Assembly (NCBI GenBank): GCA_951406725.2
Contig: OX597826.1
Location: forward strand, 14,632,001 to 14,696,000
DNA: 64,000 nt
Origin: Octopus vulgaris
Taxonomy: Eukaryota
Reading direction: 5' to 3'
Shown: piece after piece, positions 13,858 to 29,420 of the stretch
How positions within the stretch are numbered: the first letter of the stretch is position 1
Layout of the letters: each line of letters opens with the position of its first letter
Made by a program: the position numbers and the translations under genes
The notes under the pieces: model-generated
The model's database searches: none
What the model saw: only the letters and a program-made list of their open reading frames with translations
Told to the model about the DNA's origin: nothing

Positions 13858-14075
13858 TAATCTTTTCTATTCTGGGCACAAGGCCCGAAATTTTGGCGGA
13901 GGGAGCCAGTCGATTAGATCGACCCCAGTACGCAACTGGTACTTAATTTATCGACCCTGAAGGGATGAAAGGCAAAGACGACCACGGCGGAATTTGAACT
14001 CAGAACGTAGCGACAGGTGAAATAACGCTAAGCATTTCGGCCGGCGTGCTAACAATTCTGCCAGCTCGCCGTCTT
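13858..14075 (-). mobile_element. Family 1 SINE, B-type tail
   Basis: Same head and central domain as 3611 but tail CCAAAATTTCGGGCCTTGTGCCCAGAATAGAAAAGA. TSD ACTTCTATAACA at 13846-13857 and 14076-14087. Confidence 0.9.
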
Positions 14076-14442
14076 ACTTCTATAACAGAATAACCATAAA
14101 AGGCTACCAATGTGAACTACCATTAAAGCAACTCTAAAAACATTGATACCCTCACCTGCCTAAATAACACTTCTACAATTACTAGGTTAACTACCAAAAT
14201 TATTTCTTCAGCCAGCCCTTAACGTTGATTTGTTAATATTTGGTCTTTGTCAAGCAGTAATTTTATCTCGTTTAGCCTCTTAGCTGACCCTTCCGTTTCA
14301 CTCTTTCTTTCACCTTCCTCTACTCCTACTCCGCTCTCTCCTCTTTAAACCATTATATTTGTAAATATTACTATCTCGCATTTGCCACTCTAAACTTGAA
14401 AAGGGGACCCAAACTTCATTTCATCTGGACAAACACAACCAC

Positions 14443-15589
14443 ATCTATTGACCTTAATTTCTCTATCTGTGTGTATTAGCATATCCCATAATATTGTTGC
14501 TTTCTCGGTTTCTGTGACCTTTTCTGGTGTATGTCTATACCATCTTTTTTCTGCTGTTATTCCATAGTGTTGGCATAGCTTCCAGTATATGTAGGTCCCA
14601 ACTCTGTCGTGTCCGTGAATATATTCCTTCTTAGCCAGGACTGGGCAGCCAGAGACAATATATTTTATTGTTTCTTGTCCATCTCCACATATTCGGCAGT
14701 TACTTGTTATGTTTCTTTTCATTATATATTTTAGGTTATTTCTGGTGGGAAGGCCTTAGTTGTGTGCTGTAATTAAAACTCCTTCAGTCTCTGCTTTGAG
14801 TCCTGGGTTCTCAGCCATTGCTGGGATTTTGCTTTGTCTATTTCTTTTGCGTTTAGTTTAACCCAGTATTTGCCCTATAGGGGTTTTTCTTGCCATCGTT
14901 TTATCATGATCCGTTGCTGCTCTAGTCTTAGCTTGGATTTCATTTGTTTTACAGCTTTTGTTGTTCCTTCTTTTTCCTCATATTTGTTAGGTAGTATGAC
15001 TTCTTGTTTGTATTTGTCAGCTTCCTTAAAGACTGGAAACAGTTTTTTGTTTTGTTTGTGTTTTGTGGCTAATTCTATTAGTTTTCCTTGCTTCTGAAGT
15101 AGATATTTTGTAGTCCTATGGTGGTTATTTTGTAATAGTTTTCTAGCTATGGAAGGCTTTAACCACCTTCTATACGTTGTATATATAACCTCTCTATGTC
15201 AGATATTTGGCAGCGCATCCTAAATCCTCTCATTAGTTTTCTTGTTTTCCTGTCTAGTTTGATTAGTTCTTTTAGTGTCCAGTTAAGGATATTGTACCTT
15301 ATCATATAACTGGGATGGCTTAAGTGCTGATACCTATTATCTTGTTTTTCGTATTCAACTCTGTTTTCAGTATTAAATTAACTCGTCTATAGTATTCTTT
15401 GTATTCTTTATCTATTTTCTCTTTCATTTGTGTGTGTTTTACTGATCCCTAAATATTTGTATGTCTGGCTTTGGTCTAATTCTTTTATTTCATTGGCTTT
15501 GTCTAGTGTGATGTTGCTTAACTTAACTAGTTTTCCTCTTTTCAAGGTTGCTTTGGTACATTTTTCTAAGCCAATATTCATATTCATAT
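14443..15589 (-). mobile_element. R4/Dong-clade LINE fragment (RT thumb to CCHC and restriction-like endonuclease)
   Basis: IGLEKC...YKYLGI (15408-15588); CRICGDGQETIKYIVSGC...HGHDRVG...ILWD (14390-14722). 5' truncation abuts (TAA)n 15590-15750. Confidence 0.9.
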
Positions 15590-15618
15590 TATTATTGTTA
15601 TCATTATTATTATTATTA

Positions 15619-15676
<58 letters not shown>

Positions 15677-15690
15677 CATTATTATTATTC

Positions 15691-15751
<61 letters not shown>

Positions 15752-15769
15752 CATACATTTGCTTTGTAT

Positions 15770-16295
15770 TTGTACAAGATGATTCCAAAAAATTTCAAAA
15801 TTCCGGTTTTTGGCATTTTCTCCGAAATCTCCGTATCCGAAAAGCTGGGTTTTTTGGCAAAAAAAAGTTTTAAAAAAACAATAATTGTCGAGAAAATGTG
15901 AGGCACAGGAGGAAGTCTTTCCGAAAATAGTAGCTGAAAAAAAAAGAAAGAAAGCCTAAAAGCAGTAGAAATGCACGAACGATTGTGGTGGTGCCATGAA
16001 GTAAACATGCTTCAGATACACTCGTTTATTCATACGAACGTAACTGAGATGAAAATATAAGAGTGACAAATGAAATATACACCGCCGGAAGTTGTTGTTG
16101 ACAAGCCATGGATTGGTTAAAAATTACCCAAATACGACAACTTTAACACGAAATAACTTTGAAAATACAAACTTTTCTCAAAAACGCTAAGGGTAAAATA
16201 TGTTCAATACAACACATTCTACCAGTATCCGAAGTTTGAAAGTGTTTAGTTCAATTAATTTATCGACCTGCCGATCAAAAGGAAAAGATCCTAAA
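15770..16295 (+). mobile_element. Non-autonomous DNA element (HINE/Helentron-like) sharing its right ~230 bp with 39270-39540
   Basis: GTGACAAA.GAAATATACACCGCCG..AGTTGTTGTTGACAA...GATTGGTT.AAA...CCGAAGTTTGAAAGTGTTTAGTT...GATCC shared by both copies. Class and strand are inferred. Confidence 0.6.
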
Positions 16296-16419
16296 AAAAT
16301 TATAAGTTTGTTTTGAAAATTTGGGATTACATCGACGGTATTTTCTGTAAGATATAGGCAGTTCCCATTAGCACTATTTTTTTTAATTTCTGTCATTTTT
16401 TTTTATTTCCTTGTATCTA

Positions 16420-17476
16420 AGCTAGGTAACAATGAATGAGTTTTCCTATCATTCCTCGTGTACCTATGACAATAAGTATTGTTTTAGTCTTCAGGTTCCA
16501 CATTTTGCCAATTTCTACTTCAAGATCTTTATATTTGCTCAGTTTTTAGTAGGTCTTCACACATACATTTATGCCAATTGGGACAGTCATATCGATGAGG
16601 AGGCATGATTTTCTTTGTCAGAATACCTTCAATATATGTCTGGCCTATTCGCATCTATCTTTCTGTCAGTTTGAACGGTGAAGTTCCAGAGAACTGAGGT
16701 GTGGTCATTTTCAAACACTGGAGGTGGTTTGTGTTCCCAACAGTTTTTATCAAGGGGCAGGTCCAAAATTTAGCAAATTACCTATTGAATATACTGTGCT
16801 GCTCTATCATACCTGTTGAGATACTCTGCAGGTGCAAGAAGACTGCACATGGTGATAACATAATCGATGGATACATTTTGTTGTTTACATACACGACATC
16901 ATATGCTACTGCCGTTCTTTAATATGTTGGCAATACATTGCTCTTGGGCTGCTATGATAAACCCTTCTGTCTAATTTTAAGTAAGAAATCACTAACCATT
17001 GATGGGTAAGGGCTTTGTCAACATCGGCATTATTAGAACTCTTTCGGGATTTGCCATTGAGAGATTTTCCTTGCTATTTATCAGTAAGAATATCTAAGGC
17101 GGTAGTTTTAGCACGCTTAGCTTTAAGGCGTTAGTTTTCATACGCTTAGCTTTTTCTGTGCTTGTTTCCAGTACGTCTAACTGTGGGATTTGCCTGTTTT
17201 GTTACTGAGTATGATGTCACCCTGTTTTCGTGCTTTAAGACAAGTTTTAACATCAAATCCTTAGAGTTTTTCAGGTAAGTGTTGACGCCAATTGTAGCAA
17301 TCTTCATTGTTAATTCTAGTTGTAAAAGTCAACGGCCATCCTCTTTTTGTAGCTGGTAAATTCGTTCTACATATGCCTTAGGGTGGTGCATTCTATGTAT
17401 TGTCAACAATTTTCGTATTTTTCTGTCAAGATTACATATTTCAGTAATTGACCAGTTAACAATAATAAGAAGAATA

Positions 17477-17478
<2 letters not shown>
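16420..17478 (-). mobile_element. R4/Dong-clade LINE fragment
   Basis: VNWSITEICNLDRKIRKLLTIHRMHHPKAYVERIY. RLE motifs on minus strand at ~16500-16700: NRPDI, LLIDMTVP, KLSKYKDLEVEI. 5' end at (TAA)/(CAA)n 17479-17600. Confidence 0.85.
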
Positions 17479-17565
<87 letters not shown>

Positions 17566-18508
17566 ATTATTATTATTATTACTATTATTATTATTATTAT
17601 TGAGTGAAAAAGCTGCACAATCTATCGAAGTAACACTGAGGTAAAAGTATATGAATCTCAATACACTCAATGTTTCTGTCTCTCTGCTTCTCTGCCTCTC
17701 TGTGTATGCTCGTCTCTCCCCCTCTCTCTCCATATCTCTCTGTCGGTCTCTGTCTTCTGTCTCTCTCTCTCTCTTCCCCCTCTCCCCCCTCTCTCTCCCC
17801 TTTCCCTGTCTGTATATTTCCCAGTGTGTTGTGCATGATATTTAATGTAAACAGATGTGTCTTCTAAAAAGAAGACTTTTCTCAATTCCATAAATGAATA
17901 AATTCAGATTGAATATACGATATAACATTAATATTTGTTTAAGGTCATAACACGTACATGCAACTGCATTATTATTCTTGTTGTTGTTACCGTTGTTGCT
18001 ACAGAATATATTATCATAAAATAAATTTAACATGACATTTCTTTTGGAATGATAAATAGATGGACCAATGACACAGACCCGGAAAGGATGTTAAGCCATC
18101 AATTAATAATAATATTATTTCAAAGTGAGACGGACAGGAAAGTGCAATCGTGCGGTAACGGAATGTTGAGGTTTCCTGTGAGGTGTACATTGGATGCCGC
18201 TACGAACGAAGCAATGTGAAATAGTTTTTAAAATAACACTTTTTCAGTGAAGTTTTGAATTGCATAACAACTGAAGAATTATGTATTTGCTATTTTATGA
18301 AAACAAATATGTCTGTCAAGAAAAAAACTTTTCTGTACTTCATAACTAAATAAATTCGGATTTAAAATTCTTTATTCAATTTTATGTGGAATGAAAGAAT
18401 AATATACACACATAGTGCATACATATGCGTGTGTGTATTATACATACATACATACAAACACAGACACACACACACATATATATATGTACATACACACACA
18501 TACATATG

Positions 18509-18545
<37 letters not shown>

Positions 18546-18615
18546 GTGAGTGTGTGTGTATGTAAATGTAGATATATTTATATGTATGTAAATAAATATA
18601 TATATATAAAGTATT

Positions 18616-18647
<32 letters not shown>

Positions 18648-18744
18648 CATTTACATATATACACACATATATATATATATACATTTATATATACATATAC
18701 ACCACCTGTCTTCGTCTTTCGTTTTTTTCTGTGAATTCTCCCCT

Positions 18745-18804
<60 letters not shown>

Positions 18805-19129
18805 GCATGTGTATACATATCTATCATATCTATCTATGTATCTATCTATCTCTCTATCTATTAAGGCGGTCCCCATAATCAAAATCAGTTATGCCTTTAT
18901 TATTTTTTTATTGAATGCTCTCTGGAGTGGGACATTTCTAGTAATTGTGTGAGCGAGGGCAGATAACAGTAGAGTAGCGGTATTCTAGATCTGGCCGTAT
19001 AAAGGGGGAGAGGAGGAGAATGGTGACGTCTTACTCTCTGAACCCGAAAGCTCTGAGTGTCCAGCAGCTCATCCTGCGAGCCATAACGACTTCATTGTTG
19101 ATGTGGTCACTGCAGCTAAGATTGTTGTC

Positions 19130-19800
19130 AACAATCACTCTTGATTTCGTAATATTGGATGCTGCGATCAAGAAATAAATATATCAATAAAGAAATAAAT
19201 ATTGGATGCTGTGCTTAGTTACCTTGCAGAAAGAGAAAATATGGTTGTTTGAGCTTTGTCTTTTTCCCAAAGTGCAAATTTTTCCCTCAACTTCGGTCAT
19301 TTTTTTTTTACCATTGATTATCTTCTGGAGCTTGGAGTCAGCTACAAATATTTTTTGCTGTGTTTGGCGACGCTTGGATGTCGTTTATATAAGCTATGAA
19401 GAGAAGCGAGCCCAAAAGAGTCCCCTGGGGGACACCATCGGCGACTTACTGGATTCTGAGTGGATTCCACCTATCACATGTGTTCTCTTCACTGGGAAAT
19501 ACTTAATCCAATGTAGCAGCTTTTCACGGATTCCAATATTTAACAATTTTGACAGAGGGATATTGTGGTCGATTCTGTCGAACGCTTGTCTGACGTCAAG
19601 ATATATGAAAAGTATGTTCGAACCAGATCTCAAAACTAGGGAACATCATCGATGTGATGTAAGAGCTGCGTTAGGTAGTCCCTGTTGTAGGGAAACCCTT
19701 ACTGGTTGGAATGTAGAAGTTTATGTTTTTCCAGGAATCCAGTTAACCTTGATGTTACCAACGTTCGAACACTTCGATGTTTGTCTGTGTGCATGTGCTT
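19130..19800 (-). mobile_element. CR1-group LINE reverse transcriptase relic
   Basis: IYLDVRQAFDRIDHNIPLSKLLNIGIREKLLHWIKYF; GVPQGTLLGSLLF and FVADSK (YADD-equivalent) in other frames. Confidence 0.85.
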
Positions 19801-20109
19801 TGTATCAATGAATTAGGGGGTAAGGGCAGTGCTCACTACGTTTTACTCAGCCTCCGAGTTGAGTTGAATGGAAGCAAATTGGTACCCGCAGACAGGAGAA
19901 CTGACACGAGTATTTACGGAGGTGGATCTTGAGAACAAGGTGATGGTTTAAAAAAATAAAACGATGTATAATGTGTACTGCACAAATGGGGCCCTGGCGG
20001 AATTTGAATTCACATTGCAAAGAACATGAACAACTACCTCAAAATACCACGCTATTCGCTGGTTCATTTTATCGACCCATAAATATTGACGTACATAAAA
20101 TCACGCATG

Positions 20110-20169
<60 letters not shown>

Positions 20170-20991
20170 AACACACACACACACATTCGTACGCACACAC
20201 ACACACACACACACACACAGAGTCGCAAATACGCACACATACGTACCCACAAATTCACTTTCTGAAATATGGATGTATGTGTACGCGCGCATATGTATTT
20301 GTGTGTATGCATACATACACCTAGATACACATAATGACGCAGACACAGTTATACTCGCCCTCAACAACATAAATACATGTATGTGTGTGCATGTAGCCAT
20401 GTTGGTACGTAAGTTTTGTTTGCTATCCGACAAACTACGAAGAGTGTACAACACTGTAGTGTTTTTCAACTTTGTATCCTCTCCTTTTCTCCTTCTCCTC
20501 GAGTTCTCATCTCTTTTCCTCCTCCACTCTTTCTCTCTCTCTCTCTCATTCTCTCTTTCTTTTGTGTGGGCGAGTCTAAACAGTCGAATGTATGAGTGGG
20601 TTGATAAATGATATATCTGGGTGGTTGAATCTAGTGTTGCTGGTTGTTGAGGTCGTAGTAAGAATGATAAACTGTGTGTGAGTATGTGTCTGTGAGCGTG
20701 TGTGCCTGTGTGGCGTTTGAGGAAGTGTGGAAAAGTCGGATGTAAGTGTGTTGCACATACAGCGAACGGAAAAAGTGACGACCGGCGATGGTGCGCTCCT
20801 GCGTGAGTGTATTTGCATCTATGTATGTGTATGTGTGTACGTGTGTGTGTCTCTGTGTGTGTATCTGTATGTGTTTGCTTGTTGTGGTGGTGGTACTGTA
20901 CGTGGAGTGGTAATTGCGTAGGTGTAATACAAGCATGGCGTACGTGGTTGCAAAGCTGTCAGCTTGAGCATATATCATTTCCGTCTCTCTC

Positions 20992-21047
<56 letters not shown>

Positions 21048-22077
21048 ACGTGTGTGCCTGAGTAGGGCGGATATCGATGTTCAGTGGGAGTATCTGTGTG
21101 TGCTTGTGTGTAGACGCGTGAAATCACAGTGCGATGATGGGAAAGCGCCAAGATAGGAATCATAGTGGTGCTTACGTATGCGTACGAATGTGTACATGTA
21201 TGCCTTCGTGTGCATATGATCAAATGTGGGCGTCACATGTAGGCGTGTTTGCCTGAGCGTTAAGCATTCACTTGTTTGTGTACTATGCGTTTTGTAAGCA
21301 TATATGTACTTTACTATAAATCTATATACGTGTTTACTGGATCACTGCATTGCTGCGTGAGAGTGCGTGCACGAGATCAGGCGTATGCGAGTCTGTGCGA
21401 GCATGCGTATGAGTGTGTGAGCATGCTTGCGTGTTGACTGTATATGTGTATGTACGTATGCACGTGTGTGTGTGTGTATGCACGTGTGTGTGTGTGTGTG
21501 TATGCACGTGTGTGTGTGTGTGTGTGTGTATGCACGTGTGTGTGTGTGTGTGTGTGTGTGCGTGCGTGTGTGTGTGTGTGTGCGAGTGCGCTCCTTCCAA
21601 AGAATAGTGTTTTGATGCGAAGTGTTATCGTGTATGCCTAAATATATATTTTGGTCTGATAGCAGATCTGCGCTAAAATCGTGTATGTGTGTATCTTGCA
21701 TGTACATACTGCTGAGCGTTTATACATCTACGTGCGTGTATTTTTAGAGATATATGCGTATTCATAACGGGATTTGTTCACATAGATACAAGACAAAATA
21801 CTTTGAGTTGAGTTTCACCAATAAAACTTCTGCAACACTGTAGCAGCCTGGGTGAACGGAATGTAAGCTCGTCACTAGATGGAACTGAACGCAGAAAAGT
21901 AAAGGCTCTAAGGAACCACCAAAGACATTCTCATCCTGTCACTCCACTGTTAATATATTTAATTGTTCGGTTTAACGGGTCGGGAGCATGAAAACGTGTA
22001 TATATGCGTATTATATGAGCTATATATTCATATATATATATATATATATGCATGTATAAACTACCACTCACGAACAT

Positions 22078-22137
<60 letters not shown>

Positions 22138-22138
<1 letters not shown>

Positions 22139-22287
22139 TTTATTTAAAGCAGCAGAAAATTCAACAAAACCTGTTACTCTGAGTTTCCCGTTGCCGTTCA
22201 TCGGACAGTTTTTTCTAGCAAAAACTGTCCACTGGTATTTGAGTACTCTTTTTTCCACCTTGTTTCACATTTATGTGTGTACTCCGG

Positions 22288-22288
<1 letters not shown>
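22138..22288. mobile_element. Short (TA)n-embedded fold-back element with a hammerhead-like motif on minus strand (22171-22208)
   Basis: Same sequence as 36605-36842 but lacking most of the forward arm. (TA)n on both sides. Confidence 0.75.
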
Positions 22289-22338
<50 letters not shown>

Positions 22339-22793
22339 TTCCTTAATCCCTTCGCTCCTATTTTTCTCCATTGCCTCGATGCTGGGTTGTGTTTTCGGAT
22401 CTTCTCTGTTTAGATATATACTCAAATTTTTCCGCATCACATATGTGTCCTTCATGGAAGGCCTTCCTATTCCATGACTTGTCAAGGATGTTTCTGTAAC
22501 ATTATTAGGCCTACGCAAAGGCATTATTTGCCTGTGGGAGGAGGTAGGCTATCTTAGCGTCGCCTCTATTCTTTGACTTACTCAACGTGTTCAGATTTAA
22601 CTACCAGGCGCATACATTCCGCTGTCATAGCTCCCAAGGTCATTGCAGTACACAAATCATTACACTACAAAGACTAGAACCTGGTACCTTTGCATTAGAT
22701 AGATATGCATTCAGGCGTTCATATATTTCATATATCCATACATTTCTATACATACATATATACATACATACTTACACAAACAAACGCACACGC

Positions 22794-23457
<664 letters not shown>

Positions 23458-24151
23458 TATATACATAAGGATGATATGACACAAGTATGGAGGATATCAG
23501 ACTTTAATAGTAGAGACCATTTGTTTCTGCACCAAACACCAGTGATACATTTATATAGTAGCACACGCTCCTGAATTTCGAAACTTTTGCCCATATTTGA
23601 AAGAATTATATTTCCTTTTTCATTGATATTCAAGATATTTATGTACAGACATGAATACATTAAAAGCATTCATATATTTTGAGATCCATTTCTCCTAATT
23701 GCATCAACACACATATACATATATACATATTTATATATGTGTGCAGTGTGTGTGTTTTATCGTTCCCTTTCCATTTCTTACACCTCTTCTGGCGCAGTCT
23801 GTTTCCTTTACAATTTCCTTTCTACGTAGAAAGGTCGCGGTAGCCTGTGTCCCCTATAAGTTGCAGCCAGAACCACAAACACAGAATTCTAAACTCTGCT
23901 ACCTTTCTCTTATTTCCCTCTGCTCGACGTTGCCCAGAAGAAGGATTGAGATTTAAAAGTGTGTGCGCGTGTATACATACATCCGTGCATAAGTTTGTAT
24001 GCACATATGTTCATATATGTATATCGTGTTGTTTAGAAGCGAAGTATATTACCAGAAATTTTGGCTCCAGCCGAATAGAACAACTCACTTCAAATCTTTA
24101 TTATAGCATATACATATATACATATACAGATATATATATATATATATATAT

Positions 24152-24220
<69 letters not shown>

Positions 24221-24267
24221 TACATATATATATATATATACATACATACATATATACATGTATATAT

Positions 24268-24324
<57 letters not shown>

Positions 24325-24439
24325 CTGTTATGATGCACGTTCGGATGACCGCTACTCAGCTCTACTCCTACTGCTACTCATGTGAAGAATCTTGCATACC
24401 AAATACAAAAACAAAATATGTACGCGTACATACACACAT

Positions 24440-24484
<45 letters not shown>

Positions 24485-25046
24485 CAAATATATATATATA
24501 TATATATACACACATACATATATACAAACATCAGCCATGGATACGTACATATAGATAGATATATGTACACACTTACACACATACACACATACACACATAC
24601 ACACATACTCTGAGGTAACATTTTCGCTTTGATTATTTTTTTTTTCAAAGACGGTTCTGTGTTATATTCGTATTGTGATCATTCTTTAACAAAAAATGTT
24701 TCTTTAATCATTTTAATTAAATGTTTGCTCCATAACTTGATTCATCTATTTGATTTACGTTCAGATTTATCAGAAACAAAATCCGAAAGTTTATGCTTCT
24801 CACCAGAAATCGTTGACACTTTCGTGTCCAAGATTGTATAAGTATTGTCATTGCTGTTCTATTTTCGGATTTCATCCCATTACAAGAACTTCCATTCAAG
24901 ATGCAGTTAGAGGAATTAGTTTCCTTGCAGAAACTAATTGTATCTACATGGGTGTAATTTGTTTGTTGCGATATGACTGTACTTTCAAAGACAAATGGAC
25001 GTCGGCGATACACACACACTACTTATACATGTGTGTGTGAATATGT

Positions 25047-25098
<52 letters not shown>

Positions 25099-25104
25099 AA
25101 AATA

Positions 25105-25303
25105 TGTGACCGCGTGTGTACCGTCGGCGATTTTTTTCCTCTGTTTTCCCTTCTCTGGATCTTTCATTCTCCTATGTTTCCGACGAAGAGCTCCGCTCGA
25201 AACGTTAAACTCTCCTTTCCTTCTTTCCTGAGCGTCCAATAATACTATATTTGTTCCACGTCCTCGCGTTGTTGTGTTTTTTTGTGCTTTCGTGTTTGGA
25301 TTA

Positions 25304-25307
<4 letters not shown>
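25105..25307 (+). mobile_element. Short (TA)n-embedded element with minimal hammerhead-like motif (25176-25210)
   Basis: GTTT-CCGACGA-A-GAGC-TCC-GCTC-GAAA-CGTT-AAAC. (TA)n on both sides. Shares TTCCTGAGCGT with the 51885-52075 element. Confidence 0.7.
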
Positions 25308-25344
<37 letters not shown>

Positions 25345-25354
25345 TTTTTATCTT

Positions 25355-25757
25355 TTTACTCTTTTTACTTGTTTCAGTCATTTGACTGCGGCCATGCTGG
25401 AGCACCGCCTTTAGTCGAGCAAATCGACCCCGGGACTTATTCTTTGTAAGCCCAGTACTTATTCTATCGGTCTCTTTTGCCGAACCGCTAAGTGACGGGG
25501 ACGTAAACACACCAGCATCGGTTGTCAAGCAATGCTAGGGGACAAACACAGACACACAAACATATTCACACACACTTATATATATATACATATATACGAC
25601 AGGCTTCTTTCAGTTTCCGTCTACCAAATCCACTCACAAGGCATTGGTCGGCCCGGGGCTATAGCAGAAGACACGTGCCCAAGATGCCACGCAGTGGGAC
25701 TGAACCCGGAACCATGTGGTTGGTTGGCAAGCTACTTACCAAACAGCCACTCCTGCG

Positions 25758-25758
<1 letters not shown>
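25355..25758 (-). mobile_element. Family 2 SINE
   Basis: Full-length copy between (TA)n tracts. Confidence 0.93.
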
Positions 25759-25835
<77 letters not shown>

Positions 25836-25874
25836 TTATATATGGATAGATAGATAAAGAGATAAATAAATAGG

Positions 25875-26598
25875 TATAAAATTCATGTACATTTATACAC
25901 AAAGAGGTGACCCTAACAGGACACCTAACATACTAAAAGATGCAGTCAAATCCCAAGCCACAGTTAAGAGTAATTTCAAAGGGGATGACTGCTCCTTGTA
26001 GCATTTAAGATGTCCTGTTAGGGTCACCTCTTTTGTGTATAAATGTACACTAATTTTATATGAAAAATATGTTGTCCATTGACTATTTTATGCATGCTGG
26101 TCTCTGGCAGAAAAAAATTCTTTAATTTTCCTGCCCTATATATATTTTCTTAATATGATTTTCGTAATTTTGAGGAAAGTCGACATATATATTTTTATTT
26201 GCTGCCGACTATAACTGCGTCTGCGCGGTGGATTTGAACAATTATAATGTATAAAGATAAGACATGTGCTGTCTATTTGTCCCATAATTATACGTTAACT
26301 TTTGGCGCCTTTGCTGATGAAAACACGGATAGGAAATTATTTTATTTGTTCATTAATGTTCGAAACCTAGGTACAAGTGGTAACTATTGAAAATGTTTTT
26401 ATTTTTCATCCCCTTCGAAATTACTCTTAACCTTGGTTTGGTCTTTCACTGCTCCTTTTATCAAGTAATGAGTCCTGTTAGGGCCACCTCTTTTGTGTAT
26501 AAATGTACACTAACTTTATATGAAAATATGTTGTCTATTGACTATTCTATGCATGCTAGCCACTGGTAGAAAATTTCGCTAATTTTCCTACTCTATAT
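25875..26598 (+). mobile_element. Terminally redundant ~460-bp non-coding element with 5' inverted segment (Penelope-derived or retrozyme-like)
   Basis: Direct repeats ~25988-26140 and ~26448-26598. 25875-25987 is an inverted copy of ~26407-26520. Hammerhead at 26309-26377. Confidence 0.7.
26309..26377 (+). ncRNA. Type-I hammerhead ribozyme with intact catalytic core
   Basis: CTTTG-CTGATGA-A-AACA[loop]TGTT-C-GAAA-CCTAGG-TA-CAAG: CUGAUGA 26314-26320, GAAA 26362-26365, palindromic stem III ACCTAGGT, GUA cleavage triplet 26371-26373. Confidence 0.75.
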
Positions 26599-26603
26599 AA
26601 ATT

Positions 26604-27245
<642 letters not shown>

Positions 27246-28268
27246 AAGTATGCATGCATATTTCACAACATATTAAAGTATTTGGAAGAATATCGATATG
27301 ATATCTTGACTTTGAAAGTACGGAAATGCAAAAACAAGTCTTTTGAAACTGGCTTTTGAATCTGTAATTACCATCATCATCACCACCATCACTAGCACCA
27401 CCAATTCCATGATATATGATTGAGATATGATACAATGTGTCTTTGTCGTGTAGTATAGTTATTCTCAAGACACCAACCTCCAAAACACTGCGTTATCTGA
27501 TAAAACACAATCATATCAAGGTCAATCAATTAAAAGGAAGTTAATCCCCATTTACGATATTCCTTTACTTGTGCTTCAGAAATACAATAGGTTGTCATTG
27601 AAATGGAGCAGAAGCCTGCGTAAATTTTGAACATCCGGTGTAATTCTGCAAAAGATTTGCTTTAATATAAGAACTAGCTCTATCTTCCCTATATAATGTA
27701 AACCATTTCATATGTGATTAGAGAGCTTTGATTAAATACGGTTTCCAGGCCTATGTGTCATTATAAATCTTTAATCACACTCGAGACCAATCTGTCCTTT
27801 CCCTCTCTTTCTCTATTTTACACTCCGTCGCTTTCTCAGATCATACAAATATATATACGCGTGCGCTCACGTGTCTATCTGTAATCTTCCTGCGGTCTAA
27901 TTGTGCCATCCATCTTTTTCAATTGTTCGATAATTAAGGTATCAATCTTGAACCGGGAGCATTTCTCATTCATTCGTTCTTTCTGTACGTCTGATGTTCT
28001 CGCTTTCAAGAAAAAATCTTGGCTATGACCAAAAGTGAATTGGGCTGGGATCTGGCATGTCAAAGACGATATATATACAACTGTGAGCGTTTCTGTTTCA
28101 ATTTTATTGAAATAAGTAGAGTTTACGTTATATAATATTAAACACACACGCGCACACAAACACACACACACACTCACACACACATATATATATTCATGTG
28201 TATACATACATACGTTCACACTCACACGCACACATACACAGACACATAAACCTGCAAACATACACACA

Positions 28269-28339
<71 letters not shown>

Positions 28340-28340
<1 letters not shown>

Positions 28341-29420
28341 GGGGTTTGGACAAAATAATGCAAACACCTAGAATCATAGCATCAGAATTCTGAAATATCT
28401 ATAAAACCATCGAAAGCTTGCTTATTTTTATGTTTTATGACTTATTATTAGAGTTACTTAATATATTTTGCTAAAATTGCTATTTATTTTCAGATATCAT
28501 CAGATAAAGTTAATTAAAATTCATAAAAATGATAGATCTATCGGACTTTCAAAGAGGTCAAAATGTTGGTGCACGTATGGTAGGCGATAGCGTAACAGCC
28601 GAAATGTTCAGTGTATCAAGAAGTACTGTCTCGAATGTAATGACAGTCTTTGTGAAAGAAGGGGAAAACTTCCTCGTCGAAACAAAACTCCGGAAGAAAA
28701 CTTTCAGATGGGGACTGTCGGACTCTTACGCGAATTATTAGAAAGGATCACAAAAGTACAGCTCCCAAACTTACTGCAGAGCTTAATGACCACCTCGAGA
28801 AACCAGTTTCTACAAAAACTGTTCGATGGGAGCTGCACAAAGACGGATTTCACGGGAGGACTGCAATCAGAAAACAACTACTTTCAAGAACAAACGTTGC
28901 AAAGCGTTTAGAGTGGAGTAAAAACCTATAGAATTGGTCCCGAGAGCCGTGGAAGACTGTTATGTTCTCGGACGAGTAATCCTTTATCTTAATTCCGACC
29001 ACCGGCCGAGTATACGTCTGGAGACAGCCAAAAGAAGCATTTGACGCAAACTGCCTTCCTCCAACTGTTAAACAATGAGGAGGATCTGTGATGATCCGGT
29101 GGACTATATCTTGGAAATCCGCTGAGACTATTTAAGCATTTTATCAGATCAAATTCAGCCTATAGTTGCGGAACTGTTTCCGGAGGGAAACGCAATCTTT
29201 CAGGATAATAATACACCTACCAATTCACAAGCTAAAGTTGTTACTCAATGGCACGAGTAACATTTTAGTGAAGTTGAACATCTTATCTGGCCGCCACAGC
29301 TCACAGATCTCAATATTATTGAACCTTTATGGTGCATTTTAGAAAGAAACAAGTAAGGAGTCGATATCCTCCACCATCATCTCTACGAGAACTGGAAACT
29401 GATTTTGCTGAAGGAAATAA
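28340..29420 (+). mobile_element. Tc1-family DNA transposon relic (DD34E-type transposase pseudogene), 3' truncated
   Basis: TIR-like start CGGGGTTTGGACAAAATAATG after (TA)n. DLSDFQRGQ HTH start, VMFSDE, PTVKQ*GGSVM, IFQDNN, WPPQLTDLNIIEPLW, with stops and frameshifts. Confidence 0.92.

Noticed and set aside
24750-25040. 96-aa Cys-containing ORF behind an acceptor-like TTCAG
   Set aside because: No recognisable motif or convincing donor; length is within chance expectation.
27875-28051. Minus-strand ORF tail (IPAQFTFGHSQDFF...) as a coding exon
   Set aside because: No recognisable domain, weak splice signals, and the upstream ORF is microsatellite.
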